The notes under the pieces: generated by a model | Told to the model about the DNA's origin: nothing | What the model saw: the letters and a program-made list of their open reading frames with translations, nothing else | Databases searched by the model: none | NCBI GenBank assembly: GCA_030264375.1 | Contig: JASCQW010000132.1 | Coordinates: forward strand, 82,098,231-82,162,230 | Reading direction: 5' to 3' | DNA length: 64,000 nt | From: Carcharhinus longimanus | Taxonomy: Eukaryota | In this document: positions 1-14,125 of the stretch, piece by piece | Numbering within the stretch: the first letter of the stretch is position 1 | Layout: each line of letters opens with the position of its first letter | Position numbers and translations under genes: made by a program

Positions 1-899
1 TCTAGATTTCTCTTTACTGGGGTTTCAAGATGACAACATGGCTGAGGTGCAAAATCTTCAGAAAATCTGTGAATGGAACCTGGATGTTGCTTGATGATCC
101 TGTCATGAGGTGCAGATTTTGCAAATCACAGACGGCAGCAGGACAACAAAATTCAACTATAAGGGGAAAAACTAGCAAAAAATATAAAAACAGTAAACTC
201 TTCTACAAAATGTATAAAAAGGAAGAGTAGTTAAAGTGAGCATTGGTCTTTTAACAGGCTAATCAATAATGGGAATCAAGGAAATGGCAGAGACTCTGAA
301 CAAGCATTTTGTATGTTATATCTGCCTTGGTGTCATGGTTAACAACATTTCCATGCAGCTGGAAAGGAATGTGAAGGAGGAAGATCCACTTGTTATTGTT
401 TGTGAGGAGGCCAGCAACATCAATGGATTGAGATTCAAGGCAGTTGGAGCTGCTAATTAAAAACAAGTATAAAATAGAAAGCAAAACCTCAAATATATTA
501 ATAACTGGATTACTAACACGAGCCATGTGCAGTTTGGCAGTGTCAAACAGAGCAGATAGCGGAATACATGGTTCAAAGAATGGTGTGTGGGAGGCAGGAA
601 TTTTGATTCATGGGGCATTGGCACAGAACTAAGGAAAGATGGAGCTGAGATTGGGCCCACTTAAACAGGGTTGGAGTCAGCTCTAACTGTAGTGGGAAGG
701 GACAAAATGCAGGTGAATTGGCAAGTATTGTATTTTGGGTGCAGTGACAAGAAAGGATGAAAAGTGTAACAGTGTAGTCAATAAATTCAAATCAGGAAAA
801 ATTGTAAAGTTAAAATAATATGGTGCTTTATTTGAACGTACAAAGCATTTCAGCCCAATTAGCTTTTGTGCCTCTAACATAATGAAATACCCCATGGTG

Positions 900-2300
900 C
901 TTTGTGGGATTGTTATGGAACAAAGACCATCAGAAGATATGCTCTTAGAGTCTTACCTGGGGCAAATGAGGGACAGAGGCTTGAATGGCAACTGAAGCCC
1001 CTCCACCCACCCACGATGGAGTTGAGGCAAAGATTAGTACAGAAGCGGGGTTGGGGGGAGCATTGGGGGAAAATTTATCCATTGGTCATAAAGGTGTGGA
1101 AGTTCTCAGCAGCGGAAGGTTGAAGCAGAGCAATGCTAGAGCAGGAAATAGGCAGTCTTCGTATTGGTGCGAATGTGACGTCAGATGGTCACCTCGGTGG
1201 TCACATATGAAATTAACATTGCAAACAGCTTGGTTTCAGAAAAAGTTGCTAGAAAAGGGGATGAAATGGTCAATTTTCTGAACATTCAACTGCAGGAAAT
1301 CCTTGCTCAGTTAATTCTGAATGTCAGATACACAATCTGACAAATTCAGCAAGGATCTAGACAGATTGAGAAATGGAGTAGCATCAGTACACTTTTGGAA
1401 ACTGTTGCCATGATTTTGAATGATGTCACTGACAGACATGTAGTTAAGGAAAAAAATGCGTGCTAAGGTTAAACTGCTGGGGAATACCACTGGTAATGAT
1501 ACAGGAACGAGAAGTCATTGCAAATAATATTTTGTTTCCAATAGGACAGATACAAATGATACAAGGCTAGTTCACTCCCTTCCAGCAGATGGCAGTGAAG
1601 CTTTGGCACGATTTATCATGCAATTGCATTCCCAAAGATGATAGAAAGATTGAAGACAATGAGAAAGGTAGTCTACCTTGTCAACATCAAAGAGAAGAGA
1701 AAGGTACCTCTGACGCTGGTAAGAGCCTTCTATAACAAGAAAAGCTTGATTCATCGGTGAAATTCTGAAGATGATGATTTGGGACAGCTATGTGTTAAAG
1801 GCTCAAGAGGGCAAGGTTTGGAAATAGGAGGATAGTTTACAACAGAGCAATTGAGGTTCTCTTTTCAGGAAACGGGTGATGGTTAGGAAGAGGGAACTAT
1901 TAAAAATGTTAGTTATTAGAGCTGGGAGCTGCTTTGTCAGCAGTTTAGTAGAAATAGAATCTGGAGAAAAAGATGAGGACTTATCAACAGGAGGGACTCA
2001 GTGTAGGGAGGGAAACAGGTGATAAACCAAAGATGTAAATGGGGCATGGGGGAAATCTTAAAATGGTAGGCCTGGTGGGGTAGGGGAAAGCAGAACAGCA
2101 CAGGTAGCTGACTATATGGTCTTGATCTTTGCAGCAAAGAAATCCATGAGCTCATTGCATATGTTATTGGAGTGTGCGCTGAAGGCAGGGTTGCGATTTG
2201 AGGAGAGTGATGGAAAACAGATGTTGCTTTTTGTCACCTTGGATGATCTTTGAAGATTGAGCAGTTTGCATGTAATACTTTTAAAAGGGTCTAGCCATAT
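900..2300 (-). mobile_element. Highly degraded L2-like LINE remnant
   Basis: Purine-rich plus strand resembling the better-preserved L2 copy at 20.1-22.0 kb; no intact ORF. Confidence 0.4.
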
Positions 2301-2861
2301 CTGAAGATAAATAATTTGAACCAGTTATTCACAAATACATGTCTGTGTCTCTTAGACTTAAGTGATGATGAGAGATATACTGGGGAACAACCAGGATGGC
2401 AAAAAGTAAGAGTTCTTGTGAGGCAAGGGAAAAGGTAATGTAGGAAATCAAAAGCTGTTGTGACATCAATAAACTAAAGGCAAAAGTAGAGGGTATTTCA
2501 AGAATGTAGAGGTACATGACATCCAAAGGAGGGGTTGTTGCACAAGAGAAAGGTTCATGAGGTTGAAAGTCCCTGTACTATCAAGCTAACGGGACCAGTT
2601 TTTGTCTGCTTTATCTGAACTTGTCAATTTTGCACATTGCTAACAAATCCCCCTTCAATTTCCTGCACACCACAGATGAACCCTGGATCTCCAACGTAAT
2701 CTTGGCCACTATAATCCTGCAATCCTAGAACCATGCCGGTAAATCTCCTCTGCACCCTCTCAAGAGTCCTCGCATCCTCCCTAAAAAGTGTGGTGAGAAG
2801 AACTAGACGCCTAACCAGAGCTTTGTAATGTGTCTGCTTTTATACTCAATACTTCTATTTA

Positions 2862-3096
2862 TTACAGAATTCATGCAGTGCAGGAGGAGACCATTCAGCC
2901 CATCTAGTCTGCACTGAGACCCACTCTATCCACATAACAATACAATTTTCATTGTTAATCCAGCTAACCTACACATCGTGCGAAACTATGGAACAATATT
3001 CCATGGCCAATCCATCTAATCTGCACACCTTTGGAACATGGGAGGAAACAAAACCCTCCTGGCACTGAGGCAGCTGTGCTAACCATTGCACCACCA
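2862..3096 (-). mobile_element. HE1-like V-SINE (internally deleted) inside a CR1 remnant
   Basis: Reverse complement shows tRNA-like head TGGTGGTGCAATGGTTAGCACAGCTGCCTCAG, V-domain pieces (GTTTCCTCCC, CCAAAGGTGTGCAG..GGATTGGCCATG) and a CR1-like tail. Confidence 0.7.
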
Positions 3097-4139
3097 TGAC
3101 ACTGAAGCTCAAGATCCCATTTGCACTGCTAATGACTCTCAATATGCCTTGCCACCTATGTGCATGAACCACTAGGTTAGAACTATGCCATTAAGTCTAC
3201 ATTGCCACGCTCCATCTTTCAAGCCAAAATGCATTATGCCAGTCTTCTCTTATTAAATTCTATCTGCCACTTGTCCACCTATTCTGCAAGCCTATTTCTT
3301 GTCGCAGTTCTTTAGTATTATCTCATAAATGGAGAGGCTGTTACTAGTGAAGTGTCGCAAGGATTGGTGCTAAGCCTCACCTATTTACAATCCATTAATG
3401 GCTTCGACTAAGGGATGAGGAATAGCGAATCAAAGTTTGCTGACAAAGTTGGTGGAAAAGATTTTATTTGCTATCATGTGGCTGTTACTGGCTACCTCTA
3501 GTTCAAGTATGTTTTGAGGAAGACACCAAGATTCTGCAAGGCATTTTGAAAACTGAATGGGAAGGGTGGTGTATATAGAGTGTAAAACTGGGAGTGAGGT
3601 TATTCACCTTGATAAAGAATTTTTAAAAAATCAGTTTCACAGACATTTAAGAAATATTTCATTAAAATGTTAATAATGCTGATATAGAAGGCAACGTTTC
3701 TTCAATGCTCCAATGTTATGCAGTAGTAAGGCTCCAGCTGAGGCATAACCTGTTCTTTTAATAAAAGGGATTAGTATAACTTCCTTGCTTTTGTACTCTA
3801 TTCCTCTAATAGCAGAGACCTTTTTTTAAATAACAGCGAGACCATCAGCATTCATTGCAGAGTAAACCCAAAGTCAACATTTGGCATCTACACATGTACA
3901 GTTAAGTACTGAAATTTAAAAGTTGTGATTAGAGATACTCTACTCCATCTGGTGTATTATTGCAGTCCTCGCCAATAATCACAGCACGAAAACAACAACA
4001 ACAACATGCCCACACCACAGATAACTAACTTGTAATGCTGCAACATCACCAGGTGATGGCACTATCTCAGCTATCTGCTGCAGAAACCCTCACCTAGCTT
4101 TAGGCTCAACTATTCCAATACATTCCAAACCAACTTGCA

Positions 4140-4490
4140 CCATAAAATATGGGAACAGAATTAAGCCTTGTGGCCCATCGAGTCTGCTCTGCCATTCAAA
4201 TCATGGCTGATAAGTTTCTCAATCCCATTCTCCCACCTTTTCTCTAACATTCAATCCCCTAACCAATCAAGAATCTCTCTCTCAAATATACACAATGACC
4301 TGGCCTCCACAGCCTTCTGTGGCAATGAATTCCATAGATTCTCCACACTCTGGCTGAAGAAATTCCTCTTCATCTCAGTTCTAAAGGCTCCTCCCTTTAC
4401 TCAGCAGCTGTGTCCTCAAATCCTAGTCTCTATTAACGGAAACATCTTCCCTAATTCCACTCTATCCAGGTCTTTCAGTATTCTGTAAAT
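4140..4490 (-). mobile_element. CR1 LINE 3' fragment
   Basis: Typical CR1 3' end (QRVENLWNSLPQ on minus strand; GGCCCATCGAGTCTGCTCTGCCATTC tail). Confidence 0.75.
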
Positions 4491-4504
4491 TTCTCCCTCT
4501 GCAA

Positions 4505-4592
4505 ACTGGAAACAAACCAATCAGAAAATGCTGGAAAAATCTCAATAGGTCTGACAGCATCTGTGGAGAGAGAATAGAGCCAACATTGACTG
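4505..4592 (-). mobile_element. Penelope-like terminal fragment
   Basis: CAGAAAATGCTGGAAAAATCTCAATAGGTCTGACAGCATCTGTGGAGAGAG; same family as 17750, 18170 and 62460. Confidence 0.55.
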
Positions 4593-4614
4593 ATTTTTTT
4601 TGTCCTTGTCTCCA

Positions 4615-5000
4615 TACTCTGCTGCTTGTATTCTAACCTGCACCAAACCCCACTCACATATCACCCCTCTGCTCATGACATTGTTAATTGGACACCAATG
4701 TATATATTTTAAATTCACTTTTTGTTCAAATCCCTCTAGGTTTTGCCCCACTTTATCTATAACTGTCTTTGGGCCTACAACCAGAGATATACTCCAATTT
4801 TAAATTGTTCCATTGGCATCCAAGACTTCAAAACTTGAAATTCTCTATTAATCTTTCATGATCCTCCTTTAAAATGCTCTTTAAAAAGAGAAATTCCTTT
4901 CTGCCTCAATGCTTCCTTATGTGACTTGGTGCAAAACTTTGTTTGACGACATCCCTGTGAAGCTGCTTTAGCCAATATTTGTCACCTTTTAAATGCGAGT
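4615..5000 (+). mobile_element. L2 LINE 3' fragment
   Basis: ORF piece TKPHSHITPLL matches the L2 ORF2 C-terminal HITP motif, followed by an L2-like tail. Confidence 0.6.
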
Positions 5001-5004
5001 TATA

Positions 5005-6215
5005 TTGAGATAAAAAGGGAGGCGATATTGGAGGCTTTGAAAAGCATTAAGGTGGACAAGTCCCAAGGGCCAAATAGGGTCTATACCCAGAATACTAAGA
5101 GGTGTGAGGGAAGAAACTGTTGAGGCCTTGGCCAAATTCTTTGCACCCTCTTTAACTTGGGGTGAGGTACTAGAGGATTGGGGAATAGCTAATGTTGCTC
5201 CTCGGTTGAGAAGGGCAGAAGAGACAATTCAGGAAACTACAAGCCTGTGGACCTTAGTAGTGATGTAGAAATTGTTGGAGAAGATTCATGGGACAGGATG
5301 TACTCACATCCGGAAGAGAATAGGGTCATTAGTGATAGGCAGCATGGTTTTGTAAAAGAAAGGTTTGGTCTCATAAACTTGATTAAGTTCTTTGAGCTGG
5401 TGACCAAAGTAGGGCAGAAAATGTCATATGGACTTTACTAAAGCCTTTGATAAGGTTACTCATGGCAGGCTGATACAGAAGGTGAAGTCATATGGGATCC
5501 AAGGTGAGCTGACAAAATGTAGGTGATCTGATCAGTAAATTTGCAGATGATACAAAAATTGGGAGAGTAGCAAATAGTGAAGAGGTTGTCAGAGGATACA
5601 ACAGGATATAAATCAGCTGGAGACTTAGGCCAAACAATGGCAGACGGAACTTAACCCAGATAAATGTTGGCTGCGATTTAGAAGGTCTACTGCAGAAGGA
5701 AAACATACTGTAAATGCTAGAACCCTTAGAAATATTAACATAGAGAGATCAAGGTGTGCAGATCCAGTCTCCTGAAGGTGGCAACTCAGGTGGACAAGGT
5801 GATCAAGAAGGCATATGGCATGCTGGCCTTCAATCAGGGTGTTGAGTATAGGAATTAGAAAATCATGTCGCAGCTGTATAAGACTTTGGTTAGGCCACAT
5901 TTGGAGTAATGTGTACAATTCTGATCACCATAGTACCAGAAGGATGTTGGTGTATTGGAAAAAGGTGAAGAGGAGATTTATCAGGATGCTGCTGGTTTGG
6001 AGGATATGGACTATGAAGTAAGTTTGAAGAAACTTGGATTGCTTTCATTGGAGCTTCGGAGAATGAGGGGGGACCTGACAGGGGTTTTACAAGATTATGA
6101 CAGGCTTAGAGAGAGTGGATAGCCAGAGAGGCAAGAAAATATTAGTCAGGCATCTGTGTTGGCACAGACTTGGTTAAGCTGAAGGTCCTGTCCCTGTGCT
6201 GTAATGTTCTTTATT
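5005..6215 (+). mobile_element. CR1 LINE (RT to 3' end), frameshifted
   Basis: RT motifs DKSQGP, DRQHGFVK, KAFDKV, SKFADDTKIG, LVRPHLE; ends CCCTGTGCTGTAATGTTCT. Confidence 0.88.
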
Positions 6216-6469
6216 CTATATTTCCTGATTTTCAATCCACATATTCCAGTACGGATACCTCAAACTGATTGGAAGAAGAGCCTTGCTCATCATGCTCACA
6301 GATACCATAAAAAAGGAGCACACCACACCACACTGGAATATTCCCCAATTAATGCAAGTCACACTGAACAGCACTAAATGCGTCACTGGACAATTGTACA
6401 AGAGATTAACAGCAAAAGGAGTTTTTGATACTGAAAACTAAATCATTGTCTATTTTCTTCTATTCCTTC

Positions 6470-6890
6470 AGAGTGCAGGCATCTCTGGCTTGGCCAACAT
6501 TTATTGTCCATCTCCAATTGCCCTTGAAAATGTGTTAGTGAGCTGACTTCTTGAATCCCACCCCACGTGATGCAGCTTCACCCACAGCTGTTAGGGAGCA
6601 AGTTCCAGGATTTTGAAACAATGACAGTGAAGCACCAGCAAAGCAATTTGAAGCAAGTGTCACATGGATTGAAAGGGAAATTGTAAGTGGTGCCCCCATG
6701 CATCACTGCCCTTTATCCTTTAGGTGGTAGTGGTCTCCAATTTGGCAGATGCTGTCTAAGGAGCCTTGGCAAGTTGCAGCAGTGACTGTGTAGAGATACA
6801 CACTGCTACCACTGTGCAGCGGTGGACAGGCTACCATTCTTATTGGCTGCTTTGCCCTGCATGGTGTTGAGCTTCATTCATCCAATCAAG
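6470..6890 (-). mobile_element. LINE 3'-end family copy (CR1-group)
   Basis: GGCTTGGCCAACATTTATTGTCCATCTCCAATTGCCCTTG start; homologous copies at 15765-16230 and 32140-32720. Confidence 0.6.
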
Positions 6891-7435
6891 TATCCAAAAA
6901 AATCATCTTGGGTTCAAAATTGATCTTTGGGGAACTCCATCGTATTGCCTTTTGTCTAAAAGCAACCCTCAACTATTTTCTGCTTCGTGTCTCTCAGTCT
7001 ATACTGTCACTGTCTTTCGATCCCATGGATTTCCATTTTGCTAACAAGTGCATAATGTGGTGTTTTGTCAGATGCCTTTTTAAAATCCCATATAAACAAG
7101 CTCAATACTCATCACTCCTCACTATCACTTTCAAGTTAGTTAAGTGTGATTTGCTTAAGAAATCTATGCTGACTTCTGTTTATTAACTCATACTTTGCTA
7201 AATACCGGATCATTTCATCCCAATCTATTGTTCAAGTGTCCTACTACTAAAATCAGGTTAACTGACCTGTTGTTGCCGAACTAAGACTTCAAAACAAAAA
7301 AAAAGATGCAACATTTGCATTCATCCATTCCACTGGCGTCATCACTATACCCAAGGAAGAAGAGAAGACTGTGACCCAAGTCGCCTGCAATTTCCATCTT
7401 ACTTCGGTCAGTATCAAAAGGCATCCATTCTGGAC

Positions 7436-7652
7436 TTGCATGGTGGCACAGTGGTAAGCACTGCTGCTTGCAGCGCCAGGGACTCAAGTTCGATTTCTGC
7501 GGGATCTATACTTTCTACCTGTGTCTGTATGGGTTTCCTCCCAGATGTGAAATTCTCTCGTGTACCTGAACAGGTGCCAGAGCATGGCGAGTAGGGAATT
7601 TCACAGTAACTTCTTTACAGTGTTAAATGTAAGCCTGTGACAATAAATAAAT
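7436..7652 (+). mobile_element. tRNA-derived V-SINE, AATAAA-tail variant
   Basis: Head TGGTGGCACAGTGGTAAGCACTGCTGC..GCGCCAGGGAC..GTTCGAT; tail TTCACAGTAACTTC..GTGACAATAAATAAA shared with copies at 23.8 and 26.9 kb. Confidence 0.75.
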
Positions 7653-8314
7653 TTTAAAAACTTAGTGGTACTTTCCACTGAAGTCTGTCAACCTTTTAGG
7701 TACTTGCTCTCAATCTTACCCAATATCATTACTCCTCCATTAACAAGGGTACACTGATAACGAAGACAGATGCAAAAGTACCCATTTTAGTACCTTAGCT
7801 ATGCCTTCGGTCTCCACAAAATGATTTCCGACTGTGCTTTTGCGTGTTTATACAAGACCTTTCGATTTGCTCTAATCCGGTAATCCTTTCTCATACTGTC
7901 CCTTTGTCCCCATTTTTATTTTATATAAAGATTTCCCCCAATTTCTACATTGCCTGATATGAACCAATTAACAGATGCTTTTTTTTTGCATCTCATTTCA
8001 ATCTCAACTTTAATAATGCAGGGAATTCTAGCTTCTTTCTCCATTTATGCTGTCCACTTTTCTCTTTGGAAGCTTCCCACTTCTCAATTTCTGATTTCTC
8101 CATCAACATTTTCCTTTCTGGTTTTATCAGGTTTTTTTCCCCTCATCCCTATTTTGATATTTTGAAGGGCCAGCACCAAAAAAATGGTAAGTATCAAGTA
8201 TCTCATTTTATCCAAGTGTGCTTTTGGTTCAACATTTAAAACCCCAATAGCATGATCCACAGATGAACCCGATACTGCAGGTGAATGTAGACACAATTTA
8301 CAAATAGAGCAAAT

Positions 8315-9088
8315 TGATCACAGTCGTTACAGTGCAAGAAGAGGTCATTACCCCATCATGTCTGCACAGGCACTGCATATGAGCAACTCCTTTGATGCTA
8401 TTCTCCCATCTTCTCCCTGTACCCCTGCATAGTTTAATTCTCTTGAGTAATTTGATTAAACCTGCATCAACCACATTCTTGGATCTTAACCACTCATTGC
8501 ATTCTCTCATGTAGCTTTTACTTTCTTTTCTAATTACTTTAAATCTGTGCCCCGTCATTGATTCTTTCATAAATGGGAAAAGTTTCTCCCCATGGATAGT
8601 TCAAACTATCTTCATTACTTAAATTCCACATCCCTGGAATTATTCTCATTGTAAATCTTTTCTGGTGCCTTCACATCCTTCCAAGTGCCCAGAACTTGGT
8701 GCAATGCATCAGCTGACACTGAACTCATGTTTTCTAAGCTTATCATGACTTCTTTACTCGTCATCTTTATGCCCGTGCTGATAAAGCCCACAATACTACA
8801 TGTATTATCATCTTTTCTGTCTGTCCTGCCACATTCAATGGCTCATACAGACAGGCACCCAGGTTCCTTTTCTCCCACAATACCTTCAGATCTTTTCTAT
8901 AGTACTTCTGCATTCTTATAACCAAAATGAAATATTTCAAATTTCTGTGCATTAACTTTCAATTGCTAATCTGCACATTCTAGTGTCTGTTTTTGAAGTT
9001 CTACATTATCCTCCTCTCAGCTTACAATGCTTCCAAGTTTTGTACCATTCACAAATTTTGAAATTATGATCTGTACACAAAGTTAAAA
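8315..9088 (-). mobile_element. Degraded CR1 fragment
   Basis: CR1-like tail and GHRFKV motif on the minus strand; ends at an N gap. Confidence 0.55.
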
Positions 9089-9189
9089 NNNNNNNNNNNN
9101 NNNNNNNNNNNNNNNNNNNNNNNNNNNNNNNNNNNNNNNNNNNNNNNNNNNNNNNNNNNNNNNNNNNNNNNNNNNNNNNNNNNNNNNNA

Positions 9190-10640
9190 CTTGCGCTGAA
9201 GTTTGGGATCAACATTAAAAACAACAGAAACAGTGCCACAGGAAAATCAAAGGAACTGATAAGATCTCGATTCAGCCAATGCCTCTCTCCCAACTCTCAA
9301 TTACCTAGAGACATTGAGTGCCCACAGGCCTCCATAATCAGCATCTGTGAAGAGACACTTGGAAACACCAAAATTGGTTTGATGAGTTCAACCAGGAGAT
9401 CCAGAAACAAAACAAGCTGCCAGTGCAAGGCTTTTCTGAACCTGAAACAGCAACCCAACTCGAGAGCAAGAAAACAGCTGAAGACAAACAAAAATCCTGT
9501 GGCCTAAAGATGGAGAAAGCGCAATTAGTCGACAACCATGACACACAATGTTTATTTATCTAGGTTAAGACCCATGACTCAAACACCAAAGGCCCACCCC
9601 AATCCTAATTAAGATTAGAGGAGTATTCATCAAGAACAGCGGCACACAGTCCGCTGGAAGGAGAACTTCAAGAATCTCTATAACAGAGACTGTGTCTTCA
9701 ATACAAGCGTCTTTGACTGCAACCCACAACGTTAGAAGTGACCATCTCAGCACCATGCTAACCTAGTGAGGTAGAAGAGGCCATCCCACAGCTAAAGAAC
9801 AAGGCATTTAGGAGCAGATGGAGTCTCCAAAGCACTAAAGCATGGTGGAGAAGCACTACTGATGCCAATAAACGTTAATTCCCTTATCTGGAAAGAGAAC
9901 AGCCAGGAAATTTCAAATGCTGTAATCATGTCCGGCTGCAGCAATTAGAGATTTCTCTACTGTAGGCCGCAGCAAAAGGTAATCGCAAGAGGCCTCCTTT
10001 AATCATGAGGTGATTTAAGAGCTCTTCCAAAAGTCAAAATATAGAGTCTGCCCAATTGGACACAATGGACATGATCTTCACCACTCAACAAAAGAATTGC
10101 ATGAAACAACACCAACCTTCATACCCGGCCTTTGATTCCTGTCAACCATGAGGGAGTATGGTGCTGCCCCCACAAAAATCTGCAAATCCATGGACAAGAC
10201 AGATGCACCAGTGTTCTTATTCAGGCCAACCTCTTCGCACTGAAGCATTGACCCTGCACGAATAGCTCCACTGGACAGGCTACACTGTCCATATGACGGT
10301 CCTGAAACAAGTGCTCTACTCAGCTTTGACATGGCAAGTGAACCCCAGGAGAGCAGAGGAAATGCTTCAAGGAAGCCCTCAAAAGCTTCCTTGCAAAAAT
10401 TCAACATCTTTACCGACAGCTTGGAATACCTGGCCCAAGACCACCCAAAGTGGAGGGAGAGCAGCTGAACATAAAGTTTCATCACAGAGTAAGCTGAAGC
10501 CAAGCATCGAAAGAGAGAAGTCCGAGGGGCAAACCGGGCACCTCATCCACCCACTCCTCCAATAAGCATCTGCCCCAGCTAACAGACGTTCTGAGAATCA
10601 CCCAAGAACTCGTTTAGTAAGGAAACAAGTTATCCTTAAC
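9190..10640 (+). mobile_element. Degraded RTE-clade LINE
   Basis: Remnants resembling TL.YG.ETW, QVLYS.L and LAQDHPKWR of the RTE ORF C-terminus. Confidence 0.55.
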
Positions 10641-11051
10641 TCAGGAACTGTGTAAGAAGAGAGTGATTAATATATAATTGGGAAGAGTTTTGTCCCAATG
10701 CTGAACTCTTCCACCAGTTCAATATACCATTGGCCACTAACGTTTCTGGTCACTCAACCAATTTAGTATCATGTTGTTGCTGTATCTCTTATTCCATGTT
10801 GCACAAGACTGTTTTGCAGCACTTAGCAAATGCCTTTTGAAACCCCACATACACAACATCAACCCTCTTACCACGAAAGACTCAAAACAAGTTGGATAGG
10901 ACAATTTGCCCATAAGTCAATGCTGACTTTCTTTCCTTAATTAACCCACACTTGCACAAGTGACTATTAATTTTGACCTGCATCATTTTTAGAAGCTTCC
11001 TCATCACAGGGGTTAAACTAACTGCCACCAATCCTAAATTTTCTGAAGGTC

Positions 11052-11884
11052 TGTTATACTGTCATTGGTTGGACATATGAGCTTTTTGCTAATATGGCCT
11101 ACAGCAGTGACTAGGCAACATTTGCAAAGAACAAGCTGCTTTATGGAGACACTGATTCTATGGAATCCAAGAGAGCATGGCTAAGATAAGCCCAGATTGA
11201 AACCAGAGTGGTCATGTGATCCCACTAGCATATTACAATTACTAGATGTGAACCAAGTTGGGGAGACAGCCACACAGAAAGAAAGAGCAAAAGCCTTTTC
11301 CCTCTCCCCCTTTTCACCAAAAACACTCAAAAGCTGAGCAGTTTGCAACTTGAAATGCCACCAGAAGACTGCATTTCTATAAACCAAGAGCTCCAAGATA
11401 AGATTTTGATAATCAAGCATGATTGCAGAATGAATGTTCCAGTGAAAACCAGCAACTTGAGAAAATTGGCCCTTTAGCTCTAAGCAAGCATTCAGGCAAT
11501 CAGCACATATATTTTTGTTACTTTATTTTTAATTTGACCAAGTTTTAAAATCCAATAAGCTGCAGAGCTTTATTTCTTTTCTCCATGCTTGGGGGAGGGT
11601 GGGGACGTGGGTGCTGTTTATGCAATAGTGGGTATTTGAACTTCTTTGCACATTTTAAACCTTTTGTTAATTTCAACATCTTTACCCAAATTAGTTTAGC
11701 AAGTAAAGAGCTTGGTTATTGCTAAAAGAAAGAAAACTGGCTGGCTTATTTCTTTCACCAAGCTACACAGTTATGTACATATACTGAATTGGCAAGGCCA
11801 GCAAATTAAATTCAAATTGGATTAAACCAACCCAGGAGTGAGACAGAAATGAATTGGTTCATGCCTCCTAACCTGTTTGTAACA
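11052..11884 (+). mobile_element. Possible solo LTR
   Basis: About 830 bp starting TGTTA and ending TAACA (short terminal inverted repeat); no clear target-site duplication. Confidence 0.35.
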
Positions 11885-12704
11885 TCTTTATAGAAAGGGT
11901 TGACTGCACCAGAGTCAAATACTTAACCAACCTCCACAAGTCAACAAAATCTTAGTGTACAAAGAAGTTGTCGTCTGCTCTCAGTGGGAACTGAACTTTG
12001 TATCAGTGACAGAACCGTGCTAGAGAAACAGCAGTAGCAGTGTCTCTGCCACTTCCTGTAAACCAACAAGACTTTCAAACAAATGGTAGTGCCCTTGAAG
12101 CCAGGTCCACTAAGTTCGCAAAACTGAATATAGTCTTCACTATCACGTCCTGACATTTAAGGTCTTCCTGAAGACCAGCAGCATTGACACTTAGAGAGAG
12201 GAGTTTGCTACCAATGACGACAGCTTGTTCATTTAAGCTTGGTCATGCCAACATTTTAATGAGGCAGAATATAAAGGAAAGAAATGGAAGCAAATCTTGA
12301 ACTCTGGATCCCAATACCTTATGGAATGTCTTGCCCCATCTACCCAAAGCTTTACATAATCGTCTGCTTCGTCAAAAGGTTACCCAGTCGGCCTAAGGTG
12401 TCCACCAAAATGTACAACTTCCACCCTCGAAATAATGGAGCACACAACTGTCCCAACAGTGGTGTTAATGTTTTATATACATTTATTTTTTACTCCTCTA
12501 TTTAACACAAGGGAATATATCATTTGTATCTGTCCATTCATTAATAATTGTCTCCTAAAATTTAGGATTTGCACTTAGCCAAAGTAAATTTGCAGCCGCC
12601 ATCTATACCACTCAAAAGTCTTTTTACAATCATAATCGCTCCTCCTTTTCATACTTACTCTCACACTCCATCATATATCTCACTTCTCCTAACAAGTCCC
12701 TTAC

Positions 12705-13470
12705 AAGACCATAGATGTGGGAGCATATGTAGGCCTTTCAGCCCATCAAGTCTGCTCTGCCATTCAATGAGATCACAACTGATCTGACATTATAATCCTC
12801 AACTCCACTTTGCTGCTTTATCCCCACAACACTTGATTCCCTGATGATTGAAAATCTGTTTATTGCAGAGGCTGGGTTGTTAACGATGTCCAAAACTGAG
12901 ATAAAGAATTCCATAGATTCACTAACCCCAAGAGAAGAAAGCTCTCATCTCCGTATTAAATGGCAACCCCTTAATCCAAGATTATGCCATTTGATCCTAG
13001 ACTATCCCACAGGGGAAACAACCTCTCAACATCTACTCGGTCAAGCCCTCTGAGAATTCTCTGTCTCTACAAGGTTCTCTCTCATTTCTCTAAAGTCCAA
13101 TGAGTACTGGCCCACTGAATCTCTCCAAGAAAATCCCTCCATACCCAGAATCAACCTACTGAACCTGTGCCTCCAATGGCAGTATATCTTTCCTTAAAAG
13201 GAGACCAAAATAGTATTCAGGTCTGATCTAATTAGTGCCTTGTACAGTTTTAGCAAGATCTTCCCATTTTTATACTCCATTCCCTCTACCTTCCTTATTA
13301 CCTGTGAAATTTGCATGGTAGCTTTTTATGACTTGCACAAGAGGATTCCAATTCCCTCGAGTTGCAGCTTTTCTGCCTACATTTAAATACTCAATTCTTA
13401 ATCTTCCCAAAGTACTTAACTTCACACTTTCCTACATTATATTTCATCTGCCAAGTTTACCCACTCACTT
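12705..13470 (-). mobile_element. CR1 LINE 3' fragment
   Basis: GTAGGCCTTTCAGCCCATCAAGTCTGCTCTGCCATTCAATGAGATC tail followed by decayed RT C-terminus. Confidence 0.75.
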
Positions 13471-13804
13471 TGCCATCCAAGGCAATCCTATAGTAAAGGA
13501 TGACTTGCATGACATTTACTGCATCTTTAGTTGTTACATTAAAATATATTTACCCAACATAAATTGTCTATAATAAATGTAAACAATCATTTTATCTCTC
13601 AAGTTACAGACTTCAAGCGTTTGTCCAATGCTTAGACTAACTGTTTACGGTTAGACAGTTCATTGTTTTTCCATTCTTGAGTCAACAGGTTATTTTAGCT
13701 ATTCTCCAATTCTATGGAATAATTGATAAATTGAATGTGGATTGAATTGTAGCTAGAGTCCCTGCTTCCTTAAATGGTCTAAAGTCAATACCATGCAAGT
13801 TCAG

Positions 13805-14125
13805 CAAGACTTGAATTTATATCACACCTTTGAGGATTTCCCAAAGCACTTTACAACAGTAGCTTTACTTCAGAATTATGGCTGTAAAGGTAGAATCACA
13901 GCAGCTGATTTGTATGCAGTAAAACCCCCTAAAATCAAGAATGACCATTTTAATGATGGTTGACTGAGGAATAGATATTGACCAGGACATTGTTGTATCT
14001 CTCCTGTACCTCTGATATAATGGATCCTTTATGCTCATCTGAAAGCACAGAAAGGGCTGCTGTTTAACATCTAAAAGTTGCCACCTCTGACAGCACAGCA
14101 CTCCCTCAGTAAGGCACTGGAAAGC
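13805..14125 (-). mobile_element. Deu-domain SINE (SacSINE1-like)
   Basis: CACCTCTGACAGCACAGCACTCCCTCAGTAAGGCACTGG Deu-like core with an L2-like tail ACTTGAATTTATATCACACCTTT. Confidence 0.6.
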
